Part shown: positions 41,927-49,998 of the stretch, piece after piece | How the letters are laid out: each line of letters begins with the position of its first letter | Position numbering within the stretch: position 1 is the first letter of the stretch | DNA from: Chloroflexota bacterium | GTDB lineage: Bacteria > Chloroflexota > UBA11872 > VXOZ01 | Direction: 5' to 3' | NCBI GenBank assembly: GCA_965221905.1 | Contig: OZ244922.1 | Coordinates: 2,528,001-2,592,000 of the forward strand | Length of the DNA stretch: 64,000 nt | Made by a program: the position numbers and the translations under genes | The notes under the pieces: model-generated | What the model saw: the letters and a program-made list of their open reading frames with translations, nothing else | Databases searched by the model: none | What the model was told of the DNA's origin: nothing

Positions 41927-41944
41927 GATGTTGTATACAACATC
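41927..41944. promoter_or_regulatory. Perfect 18-bp palindrome, candidate GntR/FadR-type operator
   Basis: GATGTTGTATACAACATC in a divergent intergenic region. Confidence 0.6.
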
Positions 41945-42216
41945 TCCGCTCAATACACGCCCTGACTGCCGCGCTATACTGGGATGAGCCCTTCTCCACC
42001 TTGACCAAGCTGTAAGACCGTAACGCGATCACGTGTGGAGATGAAGTCGGGAAACCGCGAGCAAATCTGTGGAATGCGGAATCGACAGATCAGATTTCAC
42101 CTTGTACCTGCCCAGGCCTCAGTACTCTTGAACACTAGTAAGCAAAAACCTTCACGGGTGCGCAACGCAGAGCCGTCAGAGAATCCCAGTTATCATAACG
42201 GTGGCGAGGCGCAAGC

Positions 42217-43092
42217 ATGACCGTGCTTGCGTTGCTGCTCGTGCTGGGAGCAGCCTTGGCCCACGCCACGTGGAACCTGCTCCTGAAGCGCAGCGGCCGG
42301 CCCCTGATCTACACCTGGAATCTATGCGTGGCCGGTACCGTCGTCACGCTGCCAATCGCTTTGTACCTACTTTCCAGGACAACGATTACGCCCATCGGCT
42401 GGGGATTCTTCCTGGGCACCGCGATCATCCACGCGTTCTACTTCACGCTGCTCGCTCAGGCCTACGAGCACGGCGACCTGTCGGTGGTCTATCCCCTGGC
42501 TAGAGGCGTCGGCGTGGCGCTAACGCCCATTGGCGCGGTGCTGTTTCTCAGCGAGCACATCAGCCTGCCGCAAGGGCTCGGCATTGCCGGTATCGTTCTG
42601 GGGCTCCTGATCGTCCAGATTCCGGCAGACCTCTCGCGCGAGGGTCTTGACGCCCACTTTCGCCCTGCCGCCGGTATCGGCTTCGCCGTCGTCACCGGTA
42701 TGACCATCGCGACGTACTCGCTGTGGGACAAGGTGGGCGTATCGCACGTGCCGCCCTTGCTCTACGTCACCGGAGCATTCCTCGGGCCAGCCCTCACAAT
42801 GTCGTGGCTGCTCCGTCGCAGAGTGGACTCCCTAGTTGCCGCGTGGCGCGCGCATCCGGTCACCATGGGCGCCGGCGCAGTGCTCTCGCCGCTGGCCTAC
42901 AGTCTCGCGCTGGTGGCTCTCTCGATTGCGCAGGTGAGTCAAGTGGCGCCATTACGCGAAGTAGGGGTAGTTATCGGCACGGTGCTGGGCATCATGGTAC
43001 TGCGCGAGCAATCGCCGGTGCCGCGCATCGGAGGCGCAATAGTGATCGCCTTGGGCGCTATCGTGCTCGCGTATAGCAGTGTGACGGTTTGA
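42217..43092 (+). CDS. EamA/DMT family transporter
   Basis: HATWNLLLK, GDLSVVYPLARG, YSLWDK and APLRE motifs, about 10 TM helices. Confidence 0.9.
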   Translation: MTVLALLLVLGAALAHATWNLLLKRSGRPLIYTWNLCVAGTVVTLPIALYLLSRTTITPIGWGFFLGTAIIHAFYFTLLAQAYEHGDLSVVYPLARGVGVALTPIGAVLFLSEHISLPQGLGIAGIVLGLLIVQIPADLSREGLDAHFRPAAGIGFAVVTGMTIATYSLWDKVGVSHVPPLLYVTGAFLGPALTMSWLLRRRVDSLVAAWRAHPVTMGAGAVLSPLAYSLALVALSIAQVSQVAPLREVGVVIGTVLGIMVLREQSPVPRIGGAIVIALGAIVLAYSSVTV

Positions 43093-43251
43093 AGATGGCC
43101 GGTTCTAGTAGTACGACACCATTGCACTGACGGGTAGTTGCGCGGGGCATGGTTGCCTATCAATGCAGGTCAACGGCGCAGGTTACGCGCACGACCCGTG
43201 CGAACCTACGCTACCGGCGCTCCCACTCATTGATACAAGCTTGTCGAACCA

Positions 43252-44106
43252 TTAGGCCGCCCGCTCTAACACAGCGTCAAGGGCCTGTTTGGCAATGCTC
43301 ACTGCTACTTCTCGGTCTTGATTGCGAAATGCCTCGTCGAAGACCTCGATGGCGACGTAGCCGTCGAAGCCAATCTCAGCAATCGCCTGGAACCATCCCA
43401 CCAAGTCTATGACGCCTCGGCCGGGCAGCACGCGGTCCGTGTCTTCCAGGCTCATCACGTCGGCATGGGGGGCATCATTCACGTGCAAGTGCACGATATC
43501 CTGCGCGCGCAACGAACGAATCTGCGACAAATCGCCGCCGCTCGTGAAGTAATGGAACGAGTCGAGAATCAAGCCGACGTTCGGCCTGCCGGTCTCACGG
43601 AGCATAGTAATGGTGTCCGGCACGTTGTTGATGAATGCATGGGGTTCGTCCAGCCGGAACGTGCGCAGACCCAGAAACTCCAGGCCGATGGCAATGCCAT
43701 GAGGCTCCGCCCGCTCAGCTAATGTGCCCGTACGATCTCTTAGAATCCGGCGTGCCTCGTCCGGCGGCAGCGGCATACGATTGGGGAAGTACGAGCCGGT
43801 GCGCCGGCAACCTACGGATTCTGCCACCGCGCAGTTCTCCGAAAACTGGTCAAGAGACTGCATAAACTCTGCCTCCGGCGAAAATATCCCTGCCGGGATA
43901 AATCCCATGAAGGCGGGCAGCGCACCGTGGGCGGCAAAGAGATCGCGCACAGAGGCAGGCGATGTCTCCTCCACCAATGCCCGCACTGCGCCGAAAGAAG
44001 CGTCTACTCCCGGTAAGCCAAAGCGCTTGGCTAGAGCAAGCATCTCCGCCAACGAATAGCCTGCTTTTAAAACTGACCCATGAAGTGATTGTTGTGGCAA
44101 GGTCAT
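43252..44106 (-). CDS. Sugar phosphate isomerase/epimerase (xylose isomerase-like TIM barrel)
   Basis: GLEFLG, LILDSFH, HLHVND, RVLPGRGVID and IEVF motifs. Confidence 0.88.
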   Translation of the reverse strand: MTLPQQSLHGSVLKAGYSLAEMLALAKRFGLPGVDASFGAVRALVEETSPASVRDLFAAHGALPAFMGFIPAGIFSPEAEFMQSLDQFSENCAVAESVGCRRTGSYFPNRMPLPPDEARRILRDRTGTLAERAEPHGIAIGLEFLGLRTFRLDEPHAFINNVPDTITMLRETGRPNVGLILDSFHYFTSGGDLSQIRSLRAQDIVHLHVNDAPHADVMSLEDTDRVLPGRGVIDLVGWFQAIAEIGFDGYVAIEVFDEAFRNQDREVAVSIAKQALDAVLERAA

Positions 44107-44164
44107 GTTCATTCTCTCCATTGTGAATCCGCTGCCAATCTTCTGATGTGCTCTGCTACCTTCT

Positions 44165-45133
44165 TCAAGGGGCTTCGGCATAGTCGAACTTCCAAAACAC
44201 CTCTTCCTCAAGCAAAGCAGCCGGTAGCTCCGGCCAGTCTGCAATACCTATGCGCTCCGCATACATGCTGAGCGCATCTTGCTTCTCCTCCGGGGCAGTT
44301 ACGTGAACACGCAGGTCCGGAGGTCGCCGCGCGTCGGCTTTTTGTGAATATACAAGCACCCTAGCGGTAGGGGGCGCCACTTCGCGCAACGACCGCACAA
44401 TCAGCCGTCCCGCGGCAGCCGCGGTCTCATCTTCACTGTCGGGTGAGGGAAAGTAAATCTCCCTCGGGTTCAATTCAACCAGCACGTCATTCAGGTCGCG
44501 CAATACAAAATTGAACGCATACGGGAAACCGTATCCGGTGCGCAGGATGCGATACGGGGTGACGTTGGGATCATGTACGCCGTCTTTCTCGGTGTAGGGC
44601 GAGCGGATCACTTGGTCCGGCGCTTCCTCCGCCAATTGATGCAAATTGCCGTCGGGATATGAGAGGAAGAATACGTCTTCCCACGTTAAGCCAAACGAAT
44701 TCTCCGCCACTTTCAATGCCGTTTCCTGGAGCACCGCCGCCCCGTGCAGATATTGCCGTGGGGTGGGCGTAGCATCTGCAGGCAGGTCGGCAAGTCCTCG
44801 CGCAACAATAGTCTGGGCGTCACCGTCGGTCACAAAGACGATGACGACTCGCTTGCCCTGCGCGACTGCTTGCCTAATCGTGGCGAATGCCGACACCGCC
44901 GCATCACCGGGACGTGCCGCAAATACGACAACATCCGCCTTTGCGATGGGATCTCCGCCAATCGCAGCGGTAGTAGGTGGCACATAGTCGGCAGGGGGTT
45001 GTATCTCCGGCTGAGAGCGGATTGCGTTATACAGGCGGCCAAAGCGCTCCGTACTTCCTTCAGCCGAACAACCAACGAGCAAGAACGGAAGCAGAATACA
45101 AAGTATCCAACGGGGCACACGCCTTACCATCAC
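44165..45133 (-). CDS. PIG-L/LmbE deacetylase-fold lipoprotein with degenerate active site
   Basis: LLVGC lipobox; VVVFAARPGDA, VFVTDGD and FLSYPDGNL motifs. Confidence 0.7.
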   Translation of the reverse strand: MMVRRVPRWILCILLPFLLVGCSAEGSTERFGRLYNAIRSQPEIQPPADYVPPTTAAIGGDPIAKADVVVFAARPGDAAVSAFATIRQAVAQGKRVVIVFVTDGDAQTIVARGLADLPADATPTPRQYLHGAAVLQETALKVAENSFGLTWEDVFFLSYPDGNLHQLAEEAPDQVIRSPYTEKDGVHDPNVTPYRILRTGYGFPYAFNFVLRDLNDVLVELNPREIYFPSPDSEDETAAAAGRLIVRSLREVAPPTARVLVYSQKADARRPPDLRVHVTAPEEKQDALSMYAERIGIADWPELPAALLEEEVFWKFDYAEAP

Positions 45134-45927
45134 ATTCTACCTACCAGCTCGATGAGGTTGTCTCCCCTAAAGCAGATTGTCGTCCCCCCACGCCGAATGC
45201 TGTACACGCCATCGCACGCAATGGCATCGAGAAACCTCGGTGAGCTGTACTGCAAGCACAATTCATACGGCGGCGCAATGAAATGTGGCGTCAATTCACC
45301 GGCGCGGCGCACCGCCCGCGCTGCAGCCTCACGGATCCTGGCGTGCTGGTCGGCAACAGGCAAGAGCTTGGCGGCATGCCGTCCCAGCCCGGTCTTGACC
45401 GGCACAACATCCACCAAAGGCCCCAGCAACGCGCAGGCCTCTGCACACACCTTGTCATCGCCGACCACGATACCGACCGGTACGCCGTAAACGCCCGCGC
45501 ATGCGGCGCTTAGTCCCAATTCGCCTATCGCCACTCCGTTCAGCCAAACGTCGCTCCAACGTGACGAACTCACGGTATGGTCTCGAAAAGCGTGCATCGT
45601 GCCCTGAGCTGCGTGGTATCCCACGCAGAAGAAAACGTCAACATCAGGTTCCAAAATTGCGTGCTGGGGATAGGGCAGGTTGCCCATATAGACGTCCGCG
45701 CGCGGGTCAATCTGCTCTATTGGCATGTTCATGCTGCTGCCGTGGTTATCGTGCACAATTACGTCTGTGGCGCCGCCAACAAAAGCCCCCTCTATGGCGG
45801 CATTTACCTCCGCCATCACCAATCTTCGGCCCTGCTGATATTGCCGCCCCCCAATGTGGCGGGAAATCTGCTCGCGCAGCGCAACGCCGGCGAGTCCTTC
45901 CATATCAACGCTGATGTATACGCGCAC
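45130..45927 (-). CDS. dppA: M55 family D-aminopeptidase
   Basis: YISVDMEG, DNHG, VGYHA, HT and GE motifs. GTG start at 45927. Confidence 0.9.
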   Translation of the reverse strand: MRVYISVDMEGLAGVALREQISRHIGGRQYQQGRRLVMAEVNAAIEGAFVGGATDVIVHDNHGSSMNMPIEQIDPRADVYMGNLPYPQHAILEPDVDVFFCVGYHAAQGTMHAFRDHTVSSSRWSDVWLNGVAIGELGLSAACAGVYGVPVGIVVGDDKVCAEACALLGPLVDVVPVKTGLGRHAAKLLPVADQHARIREAAARAVRRAGELTPHFIAPPYELCLQYSSPRFLDAIACDGVYSIRRGGTTICFRGDNLIELVGRM

Positions 45928-46001
45928 GGATGTCTGCCTCCGAGGACTATTCGTACCACGTCTAGTATCGCCTACGCGGCCAATCTGCGCTACACTATGA
46001 A

Positions 46002-46050
46002 TACGCATGTCTATGCGTACGCACGTCTATGCGTGCGCACATCTTATGCG
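46002..46050. repeat. Three tandem 16-17 nt semi-palindromic repeats
   Basis: TACGCATGTCTATGCG / TACGCACGTCTATGCG / TGCGCACATCTTATGCG. Confidence 0.75.
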
Positions 46051-46154
46051 CGCGCAGCAGAGAGCCGTAACGAACGGCTGTGCGCGGGAGCTACCTCGCT
46101 TTACTTCCTTAGTTTGACCCGAACTCTCCACTGGAACCATTATGATTCAACACA

Positions 46155-47177
46155 ATGATCACACCGGTTAGTCGCGTTCGCACGTGCATCATTGGCGCAG
46201 GCGCCAGCGCCCGCAAGCACATAATCGGCTGGCAAGCGGTGAATGATTCCCAGGTGGTGGCGATTGTAGACCTGGATGAGTCGCGTGCCCACGGCTTGGC
46301 CCAAGAGTTTGGGATCGCCACAGTCAGCACGGACTACTACGCCGTTCTTGAGCGCGCTGACATCAACATCGTTTCTCTCTGCACCCCTTCGACATTGCAC
46401 GGGCCCATCGGCCTTGACGTCGTTAAGCACCATAAGCACGTATTCTGCGAACGCAGCATCACGCACGCGCTGAGCGAGTGCGACACGCTCTTGGCAACGG
46501 CGCACGGCAACCGGGTAGCTGTCGGCGTGAGTTTCCCGCGCCGTTTTCAGCCCAGTTTTGTGCGCATCCGTGAAATGTTGGATGAATCCACCCTTGGTCG
46601 ACCTGCGATATATCGTGTCCACTGCCTGATGCCGGCGTTTGCCAACCCGCCTGACCGCAACGAATCGCAAGGCATGCAAGTCTTCCTCGATCTGTTTGCA
46701 GACCACTACGACGTGTGGACTTGGCTCTTTCGTAGCGAAGTCAAACAGGTAACCGCCCGCGGCTTCAGTTGGGGCAAGCAGCAGTCCGACCAACGCAAGA
46801 AGCTTGGCGCCCCGCCCGATACGGGCGTCGCACTTATCGAATTCGATAGTGGCGACATTGGCGTCATCACAACTTCCTGCGGCATGCCGCACGGATTCAA
46901 GCCCTTTCCGGTACAGGAGGAAGAGCTAATTGGACCCCTCGGGGTAATCATGGACATCGAAGCTACCCAATTTACCCACAGAGACCATGTGGGCAGAGCG
47001 CAAGAGTACAGATTCCGGTCTCAACATGCGTACACCGCAGCTATTCAAGAGTTCTCAAACCGAATACGCCGCGGCGAGCCACCACGAGTAGCCGGGGAAG
47101 ATGGGAAGCGCGCGCTACGCGTCGGCCTTGCGGTATGTGAATCCATGGAAACTGGAGAAACGGTGGCCCTTCGCTAG
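46155..47177 (+). CDS. Gfo/Idh/MocA family oxidoreductase (divergent motifs)
   Basis: IIGAG, VAIVD, TPSTLH, HVFCER and EDGKRAL motifs. Confidence 0.85.
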   Translation: MITPVSRVRTCIIGAGASARKHIIGWQAVNDSQVVAIVDLDESRAHGLAQEFGIATVSTDYYAVLERADINIVSLCTPSTLHGPIGLDVVKHHKHVFCERSITHALSECDTLLATAHGNRVAVGVSFPRRFQPSFVRIREMLDESTLGRPAIYRVHCLMPAFANPPDRNESQGMQVFLDLFADHYDVWTWLFRSEVKQVTARGFSWGKQQSDQRKKLGAPPDTGVALIEFDSGDIGVITTSCGMPHGFKPFPVQEEELIGPLGVIMDIEATQFTHRDHVGRAQEYRFRSQHAYTAAIQEFSNRIRRGEPPRVAGEDGKRALRVGLAVCESMETGETVALR

Positions 47178-47249
47178 CCAAGAGCTAGAATTGGGAGTAA
47201 GCAATTGGCGGTTTGCTGACAGAGCGGAGCAGAGTGTGCGCTCTATTGA

Positions 47250-47282
47250 CCGTTTACGCTTCGACAGGCTCAGCGCGAACGG
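47250..47282 (+). repeat. REP-like hairpin repeat, dispersed copy 3
   Basis: CCGTTT-A-CGCT-TCGACAGGCTC-AGCG-C-GAACGG. Confidence 0.8.
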
Positions 47283-47290
47283 TTGGAGCA

Positions 47291-47374
47291 TTCCGCGCTC
47301 GGTTTCCCGCGCTCAATTCTCTGCGCTCGGATTTCCGTGCTCGGTTCTCCGTGCTCGGTTTTCTGCGCTCCGTT
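47291..47374. repeat. Six imperfect tandem 14-mers (consensus TTCCGYGCTCGGTT)
   Basis: ttccgcgctcggtt, tcccgcgctcaatt, ctctgcgctcggat, ttccgtgctcggtt, ctccgtgctcggtt, ttctgcgctccgtt. Confidence 0.8.
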
Positions 47375-47542
47375 TACTGAGCTGGGTCTAAAGCGCTGCG
47401 TTTCTTGTGCTCTTGGTGATTTGCGCCGCATACAGTTTGGCACAATCAAGCCTCGGCACACTCGTGCCTTGGTACACTCAGGCCTTAACACATCCACGCC
47501 ACTGATACTGCAAAACCGGCAAGGTAGAAAGAGAGAGAGTTT

Positions 47543-48328
47543 ATGTCAATAGAGAAATCCCAGCCCCATGTTACGTACTCCATGCTTGTCGATGGCTTGC
47601 GCAATCTTGGACTTGCCGACGGCGACGTGGTACTTGTGCACTCGTCCCTCTCTCGCTTTGGGTACGTCGAGGGTGGGGCCGACACTGTCGTGGATGCGTT
47701 GCTTGCAGCGGTAGGCGCCGAAGGGACGGTAGCAGTCCCAACCAGCCCGGTGACCTGGCGCGGGGGGTCGCATTTCCATTACATCAAGCACAACCCAATC
47801 CTCGACCTCCGAGTCACCCCATCGAAACTTGGCGCCATTACTGAGGCGCTGCGCCGGCGACCGGAGGCCCGGCCCTCCCTCTCCGCTTGCCATACCCTCC
47901 ACGCCATCGGCGCCCGCCGCGACTGGCTACTCGCCGGTGCGGAGACCGCCGTTTATCCTACCGGGCCGGGAACCCCGTGGCACAGAAATTGCGTCAGCGG
48001 CGGGAAAGTGTTGTTGATCGGCATCGGCCAGAATAGCAATACGACCATTCACACGATTGAAGAGGCCGGCGGCGCCCCGATCTTGAGTAAGGAAGTCTTC
48101 TATCCCAAGGTAATTGACTTAGAAGGGCGCATTGTCACCGTACCCACCCGCGCCCACTTGCCGGAGCACCCCCGCGCATTCGAGAAGATGGATGCCGTCT
48201 GCCTCGAGCACGACATCATGCGCGTAGGGAAGATTGGCAACGCAACCCTGCGCCTCATCGAGGCAAAGCCGTTCTTGGAAATTGGCGTCAAGATACTTGA
48301 GAAAGACCCGCTGTTTCTGCTCGCGTGA
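47543..48328 (+). CDS. AAC(3)/YokD family N-acetyltransferase
   Basis: LVHSSLS.FG.VEGG, TPS..GAITE and GKVLLIG...NTTIH.IEE motifs. Confidence 0.88.
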   Translation: MSIEKSQPHVTYSMLVDGLRNLGLADGDVVLVHSSLSRFGYVEGGADTVVDALLAAVGAEGTVAVPTSPVTWRGGSHFHYIKHNPILDLRVTPSKLGAITEALRRRPEARPSLSACHTLHAIGARRDWLLAGAETAVYPTGPGTPWHRNCVSGGKVLLIGIGQNSNTTIHTIEEAGGAPILSKEVFYPKVIDLEGRIVTVPTRAHLPEHPRAFEKMDAVCLEHDIMRVGKIGNATLRLIEAKPFLEIGVKILEKDPLFLLA

Positions 48329-48594
48329 CCCTGGGCGAAGCAGAATCCCGGTTCGCGAATGCACTGTTTGAATTCTGATGTGGGAGGCGCTTCCAGAGGC
48401 GCATCAAGCAACCGTTTTCCACTGCGAGGAACCCTCATTTCTCCAATGTGAATTACAATTATCCAGAGCATTGTTTGCACACAAGGCCGCATCATTGGCA
48501 CTGCACAGCACGGCAGCCTAGGGCCGGAGTATGTGCTAAGATGTAATTACTACTGGCGAGGTAGGAATTAGCTGTTGTCGTTTTCATAGCGCAA

Positions 48595-49086
48595 ATGACA
48601 CAGTCAGGAAACCTGCCTTACGAGGGAAATACATTGGTCGCTGCACGCTCACAACTTGCGACTTCAAATGCTAAGCGACTTCTCCGGTCGTCAGGCCGCC
48701 GCTTCACGCGACAGCGTGAAGCCATTTTGAAGATCATTCGCGAGCAACCCGGACACCTGGGAGCGGATGAGGTATTTCAGATTGCGCGGCAGCGCGGTCA
48801 TCGGGTCAGTCTCTCTACCGTGTACCGCACGCTTGATCTCCTGCGCGAGCAGGGGCTCGTGGAGGCAGCGAACCTGCAGCAAGACCATCGCCACTTCAAA
48901 GCCGCCGGTGATGGAGAGCATCACCACCTCGTCTGCATAACATGCGAAGCAGTAATTGAATTTAGCAGCCCGCACATCGACCAACTCAAGCAGTCCCTTC
49001 AAGAAGAGCACGCCTTCACCATCAGAAACGTGGAACTTGAAGTCGGCGGGCTCTGCTCGAATTGCGCCGCCTCTCCCGTTGGGTAG
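48595..49086 (+). CDS. Fur family transcriptional regulator
   Basis: TRQREAIL, STVYRTL and HHHLVCITC...CSNC motifs. Confidence 0.92.
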   Translation: MTQSGNLPYEGNTLVAARSQLATSNAKRLLRSSGRRFTRQREAILKIIREQPGHLGADEVFQIARQRGHRVSLSTVYRTLDLLREQGLVEAANLQQDHRHFKAAGDGEHHHLVCITCEAVIEFSSPHIDQLKQSLQEEHAFTIRNVELEVGGLCSNCAASPVG

Positions 49087-49269
49087 CTTCCTTCGCGGAC
49101 GTGCCCACACGCACCGTGGATACGCACCGCATCAACTCTATTGACCCTTTCGGCTCTCACGTCCGACTCTTGCATTAACCTGCAATAGAAATCTCAGCCC
49201 CTCTATGCACTTTGGGCTTTTTAAAGAGCAGGTCAGCCATCTTCTTCTGTTGTGGGCCGCAATCACCGG

Positions 49270-49998
49270 TTATTTGCCGGCAATCTTGATTGCCCGTCGG
49301 TGTGCAGCCTCCTCGATGGCATCGTCGAGCGGAGGCAGTGAAGCAACACCATAGCGACGCTGCAGGGCTTGCAGGATCAGGTGATCCGCAAACGCCGGAT
49401 TCTTGGGCAGCAGAGACCCATGCAGATAGGTGCCGTAGACGTTCTTCCACTGTGCACCTTCCGTCCGGTCTTCACCATTGTTCCCGAATCCGCTAGAAAC
49501 GGTAGCCAGAGCAGACGCCGGGTCGCGAAGATATGTGCGCCCACCGTGATTCTCAAATCCAACGAGCTTTTCCCTGTGCCACGTGGTAACTATGTTGCCA
49601 ATGCAGCGTTGGCTGGCTGCACCCGGGTGAATGGTATAGGCTGGCAGCACCTCAAGGCCGCGCAGCTCGGCGCCGGTGTGATCACGATAGTACTCGCCGA
49701 ATAGTTGATATCCCCCGCACACCGCGAGCGCAACCAGCCCATCCGTAATCGCATCCTGCAACACTGAGCCCTTTGCCTCTACCAGGTCCTGCGAGGCTAG
49801 CATTTGCTCGCGGTCTTGGCCGCCGCCAACCAAGAGAATGTCGATCTCCGCGGCCGCGTGCATGGGTCCGGGATCGATGCTTCGTATTTCCAATTCTATA
49901 CCGCGCCATCGGCAGCGCTGCTCCAAACAAATGACGTTACCGCGATCCGCATACATATTCATGAGGCGCGGATAGAGATGCCCAATCACGAGCTTCAT
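49270..49998 (-). CDS. gatD: Type 1 glutamine amidotransferase of lipid II isoglutaminyl synthase (CobQ-like)
   Basis: HLYP..MNMYADRGN, GGGQD, CGGYQ, GFENH and TYLHG..LPKNP motifs. Coupled to murT. Confidence 0.9.
   Translation of the reverse strand: MKLVIGHLYPRLMNMYADRGNVICLEQRCRWRGIELEIRSIDPGPMHAAAEIDILLVGGGQDREQMLASQDLVEAKGSVLQDAITDGLVALAVCGGYQLFGEYYRDHTGAELRGLEVLPAYTIHPGAASQRCIGNIVTTWHREKLVGFENHGGRTYLRDPASALATVSSGFGNNGEDRTEGAQWKNVYGTYLHGSLLPKNPAFADHLILQALQRRYGVASLPPLDDAIEEAAHRRAIKIAGK

Noticed and set aside
48440-48560. Fur/Zur box upstream of the Fur-family gene
   Set aside because: AT-rich GTAATTAC-type cores are present, but no convincing full inverted repeat.
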